A DNA stretch of 60,153 bases, filler included, from Sphacelaria rigidula (Eukaryota): NCBI GenBank assembly GCA_964200075.2. It is 9 parts of 9 records of this genome, joined end to end, with 100 filler letters (N's around TTAATTAATTAA, not from the genome) between each part and the next. Parts side by side here need not be neighbours in the genome. Positions count along the whole stretch, not along the records: positions 20,086 to 26,680 come from CAXNAA020019158.1; positions 26,781 to 33,375 come from CAXNAA020019159.1; positions 33,476 to 40,070 come from CAXNAA020019160.1; 6 more parts are not named here. One strand, written 5' to 3'. Every line of letters begins with the position of its first letter. Positions within the stretch are counted from its first letter, which is position 1. The notes beneath the pieces are model-generated. The model searched no databases, was not told where the DNA came from, and was given only the letters and a program-made list of their open reading frames with translations. Position numbers and translations under genes: made by a program. Positions 23,126 through 34,790 of the stretch are shown here, one piece after another.

Positions 23126-25704
23126 GCTGCGCCACCCGAATTCCAAACACAGGTAGCTACAGCCATATCCCCGAACGCATAGCACCTGGCGAAAATGCCT
23201 CTTTGACACCGAGTATACTAATCACAGTGCGCGCTAAGGGGCCAAATTTCCACCGTAAGGACACAATACGCAGCAGGAATTGATACAATACCCCCCTATC
23301 TCACAACGTAGTGCCTGGAGAAATTCTGTGTCCGCATCAACACTCGTGTGCCGCGATGAACCAGGGGAAAATGTGAGATCATGAATGATACGAAATTGAT
23401 GGTGCGCTACAACCCCCAATGCGGAGACACGGAAATTTGTAATATCGAAGACCCGTCTCACGTTAAACACCAGCGCGTAACCATTCAAGAAATTCAAGCG
23501 CAGTTGTTCATCAAAATTATACGGTATGAGTGATCGCACACACCACCATCATATGATCTACACAGCCTAATGCACTGGCCAAATTCTCACGTGCTAGGAC
23601 ATCGACGTGTACCCCCCCTTCTGACACGCACAATAACAGGCAAAGTCGAGGAAAACTCTTCGAGTCGCCGAACTATGGACAAGTGCTTTGCACATCCACC
23701 TGAGACCCAAATAATTTCTTGCCTATATAGGTGACAACCATCCCAACATGACCGTCACACATACGCAACAAGGCAACCGGGTGAGATGCGCGACCGCCGG
23801 TATTCCACAGTCAGGCTACGCAATTGTATGCCCATACCTTTTGAACACCCCCGGCAACGCCGAAATCGCCATCGCCGAAATTACCATCGCCGAAATCATC
23901 ATCGACACGTACATCCAACATACCAGAATAAAGGCGAGCCATGGAACCAGGCATCAGCAGCTCACTGTGGCGGTCGCCTTTGCTGCCGCCCCAGCGCGCC
24001 CCGCGCCACCTCCGGCGGGAATGAGCGGCACGACCGGCGAACCGGACTTGCAGCATCCACTATCACCCCAACTCGCGCCTGCAAATTCGCCATGTCGTCC
24101 TCGACCTGCAAATTCGTCGTGCTACATTAGCGCCCCGCTAGCGCGCTAGGGTACTCTAATCGTGCAGTCGGCCTGCGCGACGGCACCACGGCCGGACGGC
24201 GTAGCTACGCCGGTTCCACATCATCAGATACATGCGACCTGCTCGAGCAGCTGGTGTAATAGAGCCAGCACCGGGAGGCCAGCCGGTTCAACACTCCTCG
24301 GTTCAACATTTCCTTCACCAGACGAACCGCCGCGTTGTTCGCGAGCTGCATCACTGCATCGCCAAGCTTTTTTACATCTGCATTGCTATCGTTTAGTTTA
24401 GTCTCTGTCCGATCGACGCGGGTGCCCACATTGTCCAAAGGTCGCTCAATTCATCAACCTGATTATCCAACGCGATTGTCCGAGATATCAAAGACCCACA
24501 GCTCTAATCTCGGTTGAACTCGGCACGATCCGCCTCGCTGGCAAAGAACTGTCAACGCCTGGAACCGACGCAGAACCATCCCCGTGTATCAACTCCATGG
24601 ACGTAGATGTGGGATCCCTATGGGAGGGTAGACTTGGGGGATGTGGTGACTCCCTCCCACTAACCTTGTGCTTGCCCTGTCCGTCCGCCCCGGCGGCCTG
24701 ATTTCGTGATTCAGTGATGCCGTTCTGATTTGGTGACTTGGTGACGTCGCTTGTACCTCGTGGGGGAAAAACTCAGACAACATCGACTCGCGATGCTGTC
24801 ACCAACTGATAGTCGCACCACACCCGTCTCCCGGATCTTGTGAACCTCGACTTCGACCTGGACACCATTTTTGTCACTTCACCGTGGATGCACTTGCCCT
24901 TGTATATTACTGCTTCTCCCACACTGAACTGCCTCACCTAACTCCTCACACAGGCAATCATGCAGATCAATGTGTTCCGAAATGGCTTCTAGATACTGCA
25001 ACCACTATGAACAACTGGGAAAATTCTTCCCGCTTCTGCACAAAACATCAATTTTGCCGAACACAGAATCGAGCCTATTATTAGGAAGACGGGGTATCAA
25101 TCTGAACACGGGCCCGCGCATGCACAGAATCATTGTCTAGTTTCGATGACATGTCGACCCGGCAACAACCGGTTGATGCTGCCGACTTATTCACACTGCC
25201 TAGATCAGTCACATCGATCGTGGACACCATCCGGTACGCCGGTGGCAATAGCACACAGGGTACATGAGTGGTCCGGACCGGCAAGTTGTCGGTAAATGAG
25301 GTGACGCTCAAGGACGGTAGAGACGAACAAAGTGTATCTTGCCATTTTCTCCCCCATCTTGGAAGTATCTCACACTCGGCTCCCGGTATCTTGGTTTATT
25401 CGCTGGCTCTGAGTTGTGTAGTATTTTTTAATATGAAAGTGATCGCGATTCATAGGAGGACCTGACCTGGCGGTGAAGGGGTTTCATCATCTGATGAATC
25501 GCCATCACTTTCACTTGAAAAAATAGAACAAAACAAACGAGGATACCGGGAGCCGAGTTTGAGATACCTCTCTTACGTCATAGGGCAGCTTTTGCTAGGT
25601 CCCCCGAAACTTTGGTGCTGTGTGCTAAGCACCACCTGCGATATTGGCTCGGGATCTTGTTGGGCGTTTCTTCTTTCTTTTGTCGTTACACTTGTGACCC
25701 AACT

Positions 25705-25825
25705 TCTTCCTCGGGGCGAGTCCGTCGTGTCAGGGGATCAACCCATCTCTCCCCCAATACCTCCGTGGCACTTTGTTATCGAGCATCGGGCTAACACTGC
25801 CGGACCCCGTCCACTCTCGTCGAGA
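25705..25825 (-). mobile_element. SINE family A, partial (3' part)
   Basis: CCTCGGGGCGAGTCCGTCGTGTCAGGGGATCAACCCATCTCTCCCCC matches the reverse complement of 34705-34755. Confidence 0.75.
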
Positions 25826-26807
25826 GTTTATTTCTAGTGGCACCATCACGCTTCCAGTGACATGAACTAGGCTGTGTTGAGAAGTACCCGTGTCTATCGG
25901 GATTCGGACCCGCAACGCTCCGCCGTATCTAGCTATGGGTGAGCCAGGTGGACCAAGGGGGCGCGGCGGCAGTACACGTGCAAAAAACGAAGCAACACTG
26001 CGTGTTCTCACCAAGAGCAACCGAAGAGAAGCAGATTAATGTATATCGTTATTTTGCGAGTTACGCACGCACTCCTCTCTACCGTAAAGTGGCAAAAAAT
26101 CACGAGGTATTATGTTTCTTGGGCGCTGCCCAAACGCTATTTCAGAGGGCCCTCAGAGAGCCAATGCGTTTTGTGTATCACACTTTATCGTCCTACTTTC
26201 GAACCCTTTCGGAGCAACTACCTGTTGGGATACTTTCCAGACTATGTTGACAGTTTCCGGGGGGGGGGGGGGGGGGGGGGAGGCGGAAGGGGCTGTGTGA
26301 GCCATCTTGTCGCTTTCGCTCTCTAGGATAATCTGAGCGGCCTGCTGCCCCAGGGACACTCTTGCGTCTCACCTCAGCAAGCCGAACACCAGACGGATTG
26401 ATCTACCTTTCCCCCGAGAAACCTGTTTAATCGTGCTGAGCTCCGGTACCATGGTTCGTGTCCGCCCCCTGTCGCATTTCAGCACATACAATGGTAACGA
26501 ACATACAGGCAGAGTAACTGATCCTCGAGGGATCCACCCAGCCATGACTGGTCATTATCCACAAGATGGACGTACTCAACGGAAATGCTGGCTGAAGAAA
26601 ATCCGACAAAGGGAGAAGGAGATGGAAAGAAAAGAGGGGAGGGCGTACTCATTTGTTGCTTGCCTTAGTCGTGTGACCATNNNNNNNNNNNNNNNNNNNN
26701 NNNNNNNNNNNNNNNNNNNNNNNNTTAATTAATTAANNNNNNNNNNNNNNNNNNNNNNNNNNNNNNNNNNNNNNNNNNNNATTCACCTGCAGAAAAAAAC
26801 AACAGCT

Positions 26808-26953
<146 letters not shown>

Positions 26954-27001
26954 ACACATGTGTGCAGCAGCATACGTGAAAAAAAAACGAAAGGTTGTTA
27001 A

Positions 27002-27107
27002 ATCCTTAGACCGCGAGGGTACTTCGTCCATTTGGATCATGCATACTTTTTTTCGAGTGAAAATTGATGCCGATTCAACAGATGACCTACTCTCGCCGTC
27101 AAAGGGG
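27002..27107. mobile_element. piggyBac-type MITE, inverted copy of 13861-13958
   Basis: TTAA on both sides; internal TGGATCATGCAT...AAATTGATGCCGATTCAACAGA shared. Confidence 0.8.
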
Positions 27108-27290
27108 TTAACAAAAACGTCAGCTTCATAGAAACACAAACGCGATCATCATCTCGCATCAAAAGCCGTTTCAAGTTACAATACGTATATCCCTAGCACG
27201 AGCGACCACCGATACTGTAGTAGGTACTGGTGCTTCACTTGGGGATGTGTACCTACGCGTGCTGTCGTAAATTTCCGCTGTTCCGTGGTC

Positions 27291-27560
27291 GATCCGGTGG
27301 CTCAGTGGGTAACCTCGAAAACTTCTGACGGTTGGGTCGTGGGTTCGAATATCGGTGAAGTGAAGTCACAAGATCAGGATATTTTTTGTCTTACACAAAT
27401 GCCCAACATTGGAGAGCGACGACAGACAGTATGTCGTGGGTACACAGAATTCGATGTCACGGTCGACGAGGGCAACGGACTTGCTGAAAACTTCTCGCGA
27501 TAAAAAAATAAAAGGCAAGCACCGCTGAAGGAAGGTGTAGCACTGAAAACAAAAACAAAT
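27291..27560 (+). mobile_element. tRNA-derived SINE family B (3' end approximate)
   Basis: A-box TGGCTCAGTGG (27298) and B-box-like GGTTCGAAT (27342) at tRNA spacing, with no closing acceptor stem; followed by a body and A-rich sequence. Confidence 0.7.
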
Positions 27561-27672
27561 ATAACTCCTGTGTTGGCCTTTCTCCTGTGTGACACCGGCT
27601 GATGCGCCCACACACACCGAAAGTAGTAGGCTCGTGTCCAGACTAGATGGGATGACAACACACACACCGTAC

Positions 27673-27731
27673 CTGTGTGGGCCCTTCGAAGTCCAGGCAT
27701 CGAGGCAAATGCTACATCGCTCACCATCCTC
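27673..27731 (-). CDS. RFWD3: Internal exon of an RFWD3-like RING E3 ubiquitin ligase
   Basis: 59-bp exon TGCAG|...|GTACGG encoding EDGERCSICLDAWTSKGPHR, matching the RFWD3 RING start CxICLxxWTxxGxHR. Other exons were not found. Confidence 0.68.
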
Positions 27732-28359
27732 CTGCAGCAGATCAAAGAGCACAGCGACAGACACATGTTTACGAGTTAGGTCATGATCTGCACTTTTTGT
27801 TTTTTTGCAGCGTTCTACTTTCGTGTGCTGGGGTCACAATCGGTTACCTCTGGACAGAACGATAAACAACACAATCCCTTACCGGGGAAGATATCATCGG
27901 GGACTCAGTCGACCCGACGCAACGACATTTTCCGGGTAAAAATAAATAGAACGCTATGTATTGTCGCATGCGTCACGCAACAACACTTTCAGGTTAGGGG
28001 TGTTACAAACGAAGCAACTAAAAAAAAATCCCCTCAATATTTAATTTTTCTTATCCCCGACTTGCCCCAAAACACAGATAGTTGAAAGGAATTTTCTCTG
28101 CTAAATTTCAGGAGAAATATACAGTTAGTCTTCAATTTTGATCTAGGGCCTGATCTGGTTGATAAATCTGCTCACATTATTCGCAACACATATTTGTTCT
28201 TTTCTTCCGAATAATTCGGAGATTTCGGGCGAAAAAATACACTCGTTAGTAACATCCCGTAGCTGTCAGTGATCGTGATCTAAAATCATATTTTGATCGC
28301 AATTCTGTTCAATTGTTATTTTTTTTCGTTTTTTTTTTGTCGCCTGCCTCACTTTTGAC

Positions 28360-28675
28360 TCCTCTCTCTCTTTTCTCGTAACGAGTCCGTAGTCTCGAGG
28401 GATCAATCAACTCATCTATCTCTACCTCCCCCCCGGGAAGTACTGTACACGCCTCTACATTATGCTGTCGCGGATTGGATTAGCACTCACCCCGCACCGC
28501 GTAGACTGCCGTCCGAACAAACTCAATTAAGAAAAGAAAAAAAAAAACAGGCACATCGTTTCTGCTACTCACGTCCTTGCGTTTTCAATGACGGTAAACA
28601 GATACTGCTGAGGAGGAAAAGGCCCAGATAGATACGCGCATCCGACGAGAATCGAACCCGCGTTTTTTGTCCTAA
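28360..28675 (-). mobile_element. SINE family A copy whose head runs into the 21-bp minisatellite
   Basis: Body matches 34378-34790; B-box GGGTTCGATTC on the minus strand at ~28649-28659. Confidence 0.75.
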
Positions 28676-28800
28676 CTCATCGTATCAGTTGTACAACTCA
28701 TGGTGTCAGTTGTATAGTAGTTGTACAACTCATGGTATCAGTTGTACAACTCATGGTATCAGTTGTACTACTCATGGTATCAGTTGTACCACTCATGATA
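28674..28800. repeat. 21-bp minisatellite, left part (~6 units CTCATGGTATCAGTTGTACAA)
   Basis: Head-to-tail units with no spacers. Confidence 0.95.
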
Positions 28801-31800
28801 TTCCAATTTCACAAAGTGAAGTTGGTGTCTGCTGCGGGTAAAAATTCGACCAAGAGATTTTTTGCGACTCCGTTCTTGCGTCGTGATTCTTGCCTCGTGA
28901 TTCTTGCGATCGGATCTTTGAGATAGTTTTTTTGCTAGATTTTTCCAGTCTAAACCCTTACCGATTTCGGTTTTTTGGGGATAACTTCGTCAAGCGGACA
29001 CCAAACGCATCCTGCTCCAAGGGGCACCTGGACACACAGCAGTTGCCGCTGTCTACCTTGTATGATCCTCCAATCGAAGTCTTGAGTGAGAACCCCCAGC
29101 GTTTGGTGCTCATGTACAAGGAAGGGTGATCTTCATCTATCTAGTATCATGCTCCAAAACCTACCTGACAGGGGGGCAACACCCCCAAACAGACAGCAGT
29201 AATGCTAGCGAATCCCACGTCTTGAGAGTCTGTGACAGTCTGGCAGCCGGCAAGGTGGTTATGGTAGTGTCCTTCTCGCAATGTCAACTTACAGAGCACT
29301 GGAGCAGAGTTTGCTGGTGGATTCATTTGGTCTAGTATAGGAAATCTGTAGCACTGGAGATCGCTCGGTTCTCGACACAGGAAGCAAAACGGTCCACGGC
29401 ACTTGACAGCCCCCCGCATACACACAACATCTAGGGGACCTAGTTTGATATTTTGCTGGCGTCGCGTCAGCGTCCCGAAAATCCCTCCCCAGAGCGGAAA
29501 ACACCTTGTTTTAGTACATTTGGGTTATTTGCGAGTCAGCATCGCGCTCAAACGCGAAAACCAAACTAGACGACGTAGCTTGGGTGTGTGGGAAGCGCAC
29601 GCAAGAAACCGCAGTCCAGTCCTCTGCTTCAGTGTCGAGTTGTAAGCGTTGCGCGATCGGCACTTTTGGGTTGAGGATCAGTAGCGTCTTTCGAGGTCGA
29701 AGATGGCAAATTCAAAAAAATCGGTGCGCACACTTCTCTTCCTGCGGCAAGCAAGTTGTGACAACATGCACTTTGGTTGAGGCGCTGCTTTGTTCTTTGC
29801 GGCTGTGCACAAAAGACAAATTCACCTTTCAACGGCGAGTATCCTCTGAAGTGTCGTATTTACAGAGGGATAGTTGACAAAAGTAGGACAAAGCTGGCGG
29901 CTGCTTCATGTCAGGGCTCCAGTGCAGAAGCCAAGGCGTCGAGAGCGATTTTAGTACGATTATGTGCGTTACATCTGCTGGCGACCGCGGTCATGTATTT
30001 AGAAACTGTCTGTATATACTACCAATAGTATCAGAATCAGAATGAGATGCAAACTATGCGATGTTCGACAAGCTTCGTTTTGAGCTACGTGTTTTTTTTC
30101 TTGCGGCGAGCAGTGTGTGACGGATGGCATTTCACTTTGTGGCTTGTCACCAGGTGCTGCTTCGTTCTGTACGGCTGTGCACAAAGGGCAAATCCGTCTT
30201 TCAACAGCGAGTACCCTTCATGTATCGAGTTGCAAAGAGCGAGGTCACACATAAACTTCGGCTGTTTTGTCTGAGGGTTCCAGCGGAGAAGCCAAGGCGC
30301 CAAGAGCCATTTTGATTTCAGACTGCGCGCCATGTACGCCTAGGTCGGCAGAGCCATGATGTTTCAAGTGACGGCCTGTACATGCTGAAAATGCTGATCT
30401 GGACAGGGAGAACCAGACCGTGCCCAAGCGACTGACATGATGGGATTCCTTCCACTGATGCCATGGCTCTGACCCCATGGGACCCACGAGAAGTTCACTC
30501 TCCAATCCCGCAGTCATAGCCGTGTGTAGGACATGCAGCGCGTAGCCAATCGGCACAGCGTGAAACTCTTGATAATGAACAACATCAGCATCGTTCTCAG
30601 TAGTTTTTGGATGCGCGACGCTGCTGCTCATGATCTCCATATGTCCGTACTTTCTCGTTTTAGCACCATGTCAGGCACGCCTCTCACGGCAGTTACGTTG
30701 TTGTGTAGCGGCCACAGCAGCTGCTGTTCGTGCTCTTGTCTTGTTATCTTCACAATGACGGTAAACGTGGGGTGGCAGCTCGGGGACGTGTGCTTCCTGA
30801 CTGGTACAGACAGATGCAGGATACTCGCTTGTGCAACAAGATTGTCCATGTACTGATGTGGGGCGAGCTTTCCGGAGGAACAAAATCACCTCAACACCGA
30901 CCGCTCCCAGGCTTGAATAAATGTACTAGAGATATAGTTCATTTCTTATCAGCCAAATCGTCATTTGTAGTTGACGCGTGTACTTTCCATTGATATGATT
31001 CGTTGGATTACGGGCCACTGCTGACGCATGTAGCGTTCAGCTTGCACTTTCCATGAATATAGTGACTAAAATCGGCCCCCAGTACTACCCATAACTGTAG
31101 CGCGTGGGTAATTTCCCGCCTACATGTTTGCCGTAGATACAAGCGGCTGCGTTCATGATGTGTTGAACTGCATATGACAACGCGAAATCAATGCAGGACA
31201 GGAATGGGATAAGGGTGTCACGTCCTGCGGTGTGCTTTGTCACCCTGCACCCTACCGCTGTGCAGAGAGCAGGTAGTACCGCCGAATGCCTCACGATGCG
31301 GTTGGTACACAATAGTAGTATCGGCTCCACACCCGTAGGGTAACCTCTGCATTGAATTGAATAAAACGCATTGAATTAAATTACACGCGCGGAGAGCGTT
31401 ATGTTCAAGCAGCACGCGCGCTAGCGTTTTCCGTGTTGTCAACATCGTGCCAGCGCGCTTGAGCCTAAAGCGCTGTACTCCCCTGTGGCAGCCCGTCACG
31501 GTAGTGCTCCTCATGTTTCATCACGCTTTATTCGAAAACACGCAGAAGAGATGCCAGCGAGTCCATCGTTGTTGCACATGGATTCTGGTGAACCAGTTGT
31601 TCTTCTATAGAACCCCAGCATGCTGTGTGTTGTACCAAATACTGTAGTATACCGTACCGGTTCAAAAACGGATACTGTATGCATTATATATAGGCCATCG
31701 ACATGCTCTGGTTATCATGAACTCTGTACGAGGCGCGGGGAGCGTAGTTTTTGTCATGGAATGCTAGGACGCAACCATACTGCAGTACAGGCAGTATGAA

Positions 31801-32343
31801 ACACGTGATTCGAACGAGACACAAGACGAAATATGTACATTACGCTACATACGTGGGCGTTTTGGTACTGAAACGAGTCCACCAGTCCCTCCACTGCCTA
31901 TCGTACGAAGATAGCAAGGGACGAATCAATGATTCGACCGGAAATTATTCGGTTTTTAGTGTAATTGATTCATACCGTATGAATCGACCATTAGGCTTTG
32001 TTTTCAGCTTTACAACCCAGGTACGCGTAGCCCAGGCACGTGGAATGGCGCAAAAGTTGCGTGGAGACCTGTTTGACCAGCGGTCGACTTTTTTTCTCTC
32101 TTTCCAGCAATCAGGCTTAAGAAATCGTGGATTTGGTGATTCGAATCGACGATGATTCGTCCGAACCATGGAATATAGATACCACGTGTAAATGACAAAA
32201 TACGCTACGGGCAGACGTTTTCACTTTAGAGTAGAAGGGCCCAGCCGAGACCACTCCGATTTCACCGCCGAAATCCGAGACGGCAATGTCATGAACACCG
32301 AAATAAATTGAAATTGGAAGCGCCCTGGACACAGGGCAATCTA
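28801..32343 (+). mobile_element. Non-autonomous Helentron/Helitron2-like rolling-circle element
   Basis: 5' TTCCAATTTCA is the reverse complement of subterminal TGAAATTGGAA (32309-32319). 5' hairpin CCAATTTCAC-AAA-GTGAAGTTGG; 3' hairpin GCCCTG-GACA-CAGGGC then AATCTA. Inserted at A|T with no TSD. Related sequence at 13975-14085 and 53560-53705. Confidence 0.75.
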
Positions 32344-32750
32344 TGAATTGTACAACACAAGGTGTCAGTTATACCACCCATGGTATCAGTTGTACAACTC
32401 AGGGTGTTAGTTGTACCACTGATGGTGTCAGTTGTACAACTCAGGATATCAGTTGTACAACTAATGGTATCAGTCGTACAACTCATTGTATCAGTTGTAC
32501 CACTCATGGTATCAGTTGTGCAATTCATGATATCAGTTGTACAATTCATTGTGTCAGTTGTACCACTCATGGTGTCAGTTGTAGTTGTGCAACTCATGGT
32601 ATCGGTTGTACAACTCATGGCGTCAGTTGTACAACTCAAGGTGTCAGTTGCACAACTTATGATACCAGTTGTACAACGCATGGTACCAGTTGCACGACTC
32701 ATGGTACCAGTCGTACAACTTAGGGTGTCAGTTGTACAACTCATGGTGTC
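32344..32750. repeat. 21-bp minisatellite, right part (~19 units)
   Basis: Same unit and orientation as 28674-28800; it resumes in register after the insertion. Confidence 0.95.
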
Positions 32751-33475
32751 CACCCTCGGGTGGGCATGTCTGACGGGTGGAGCGACTCGAAGCGCTGCAC
32801 GAAACTAGGAATAGCGAAGTGCATGGATGAAAGATTCCTTCCTGTCCTCTAGGGACAGAAAAAAAAAACATCGGAGCTTTGTATAACACCCCCGGTGATA
32901 ATATCCTCGACCATCGTGGGGACGATGCCAGTATTTTTACCGAAAACGGTATCATGGGTAACTTGACTGCTACCTATGTGCACGTTGTGAATACCTCGCT
33001 GACGACGGTACCCTAGAGTGGCTAAAAAAGACGAAGTTGTACACCTGTACTCTTCTCTGTCATTGCCCCCCTGTTTATATGTACCATAGTATGTCATGTT
33101 CCACTCACCCCAGGTGTTGGTCGTGCCCACGCCAATATTTTCCCGTTTTCGTCTCCGGTGTACACTCTGGACTCTCCAGCTACAGAAACCACCGCCAAGG
33201 CATTTATACGACTGGGAACACGCAAGAAAGAAGAAAAAATACAGGCGGATCAATGTGGGCAAAGGATTCAAAAAAAGGGGGGAAGGGGGGGGGGGGGGGG
33301 GGGACCCATGATCATGGATGCCCCAGTCATCAGGCCATTGACCCCGCCTCCCTCCGAAGCCGGGACGGGACCCGCNNNNNNNNNNNNNNNNNNNNNNNNN
33401 NNNNNNNNNNNNNNNNNNNTTAATTAATTAANNNNNNNNNNNNNNNNNNNNNNNNNNNNNNNNNNNNNNNNNNNN

Positions 33476-33697
33476 CGCCTTTCATTTTGGTCTCGCGGAT
33501 TGGGTCAGCACTCATGCACCGCGTCAACTCATGTCACACAAACGTAGTCGACTACTTCGTTCGCACACGTTCTCACGCTTCCCACCGTGGAAATAATACT
33601 TTACGCAGAAAAAAAAACAATGCATCGGAAATCAACCCCCCGTTCTCTCCACCCTAATGGCGACAGTCGGACCATTACACCACCGGGGCGCGGCGGC
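33476..33697 (-). mobile_element. SINE family A, head and body (cut by contig start)
   Basis: Minus strand reads GCCCCGGTGGTGTAATGGTCCGACTGTCGCCATTAGGGTGGAGAGAACG (A-box TGGTGTAATGG). Confidence 0.85.
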
Positions 33698-33727
33698 CAT
33701 ATCCTACAGCAGCCAAAACCCGCAAGG

Positions 33728-33905
33728 CACACTGAAGCATGACACATCGGGACATGATACTCTCAGGAATGACACGTGAGAATAACATGCTGGATCATGA
33801 TGCACAATGGAGCACGATACACGCTGGAGCATGACACACGCTGGAGCATGACATATGTTGCAGCACGACATAAACTGGAGCGTGACTTATACTGGAGCAT
33901 GACAC
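33728..33905. repeat. Degenerate ~18-22-bp tandem repeat (CTGGAGCATGACAC core)
   Basis: About 8-9 imperfect units. Confidence 0.8.
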
Positions 33906-34377
33906 TCCTATCTGTAGCGTATACACAACCAACAAAAACGGTGGAAGCGCCATAAGCAGAAACAGATAACACTATAACGGAGCTTTTTTTTTACCTCCGG
34001 CGTGTACTGGAAGCTGAGCGACCTGAAACGGCAACTATGCAGAAGAAGGGGCCCATCGGGAGCCATGTCGTAGTGCGGCTTGGCAGGACACCTGCAAAAC
34101 GTGAAACATCGCAACACGTGGGCACGATCTTTTATGAATCGCGAGACAAAACGTATCCCAATGCCCGGCGTGGGCGAACTGAGATTTCCAGAGAGGACTA
34201 CACCAATCGAGGGGGAATGTTCAGGGAATTCGAAATATTTGGGTGCTCTTGTCGTAACTTCGATCCCTCCCCTCCCTCGGGACTAGTCCGTAATGTTCAA
34301 GGATCCACCCGTCTCTCCTGTTGGTGCTACCTGTGCATTTGCACTATATTATCGAGAATTGAGTGAGTGATACTGCT

Positions 34378-34790
34378 GCCGCAGCCCCGTTGTGTAATGG
34401 TCCGACTGTCGCCATTAGGGTGGAGAGAACGAGGGTTCGGTTCCGTATGCGTTGGTTTTTTTCATGGTAATATCTGATTTCCACCGTGGAAATCAGATCG
34501 TAGGGTTTTTTCTTCGTAATTTATTGTTTCCACCGTGGAAACTAGATCGTCAGCTTTTTTCTTCGTAATATCTTCTTTCCGCCGTGGAAAGCGTGAGAAC
34601 GTGAGTAAACAGAGTAGTCGACTGAATTTGTTTGACGTGAGTGGACGCGGTGCGGAAGTGCTAGTCATGATCCAATCCGCGAGACCAAAATGCAAGGCGT
34701 GTACCGGGGGAGAGATGGGATGATCCCTTGAGACCACCGACTCGCCCCGAGGAAGGGGAGGGGTTCAAAGTGCGATAAATAAATAAAAAA
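34378..34790 (+). mobile_element. tRNA-derived SINE family A, near full length
   Basis: A-box TTGTGTAATGG (34390-34400), B-box GGTTCGGTTCC (34434-34444), shared body, A-rich tail. Further partial copies at 43625-43780, 53715-53820 and 57205-57340. Confidence 0.85.

Larger units (their letters stand above)
21330..23540 (-). pseudogene. RT-RNase H remnant of the YR retroelement, interrupted by two short insertions
   Basis: RVSALGVV...FRIIHDLTF...SVDADT, HFRQV, LEFGWRS|SPG, MRTHVDDSILV (YxDD), WPRERK...RPGKPFVYRML, LDASDAAIRG...WWRY, SIYVLERLGMV, KHVLGMFN. Confidence 0.88.
20480..24870 (-). mobile_element. Decayed tyrosine-recombinase retrotransposon (Ngaro/DIRS order)
   Basis: Minus-strand order: coiled-coil gag-like ORF (24205-24438), RT, RNase H, tyrosine recombinase. 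Terminal split repeats were not identified. Confidence 0.88.

Noticed and set aside
27291..27365. tRNA gene (also 34378-34450)
   Set aside because: A/B boxes are present but there is no complete cloverleaf; the sequence continues into a SINE-like body.
28730..28790. TGGTATCAG in the repeat unit resembling a tRNA-iMet primer-binding site
   Set aside because: The match stops at 9 nt, there is no adjacent LTR, and a SINE-head origin explains the unit better.
30420..30460. T*WDSF as the hAT TRWNS motif, and YMDNL (~30845, minus) as a piggyBac DN motif
   Set aside because: Isolated short matches on opposite strands with no supporting motifs or matching TIRs.
32344..32750. 21-bp array as a CRISPR array or as a Cys/Thr repeat protein (ORFs 32289-32753, 32343-32723, 32362-32808)
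   Set aside because: Units are contiguous with no unique spacers and no cas genes. The ORFs are open only because the 21-bp unit lacks stops.
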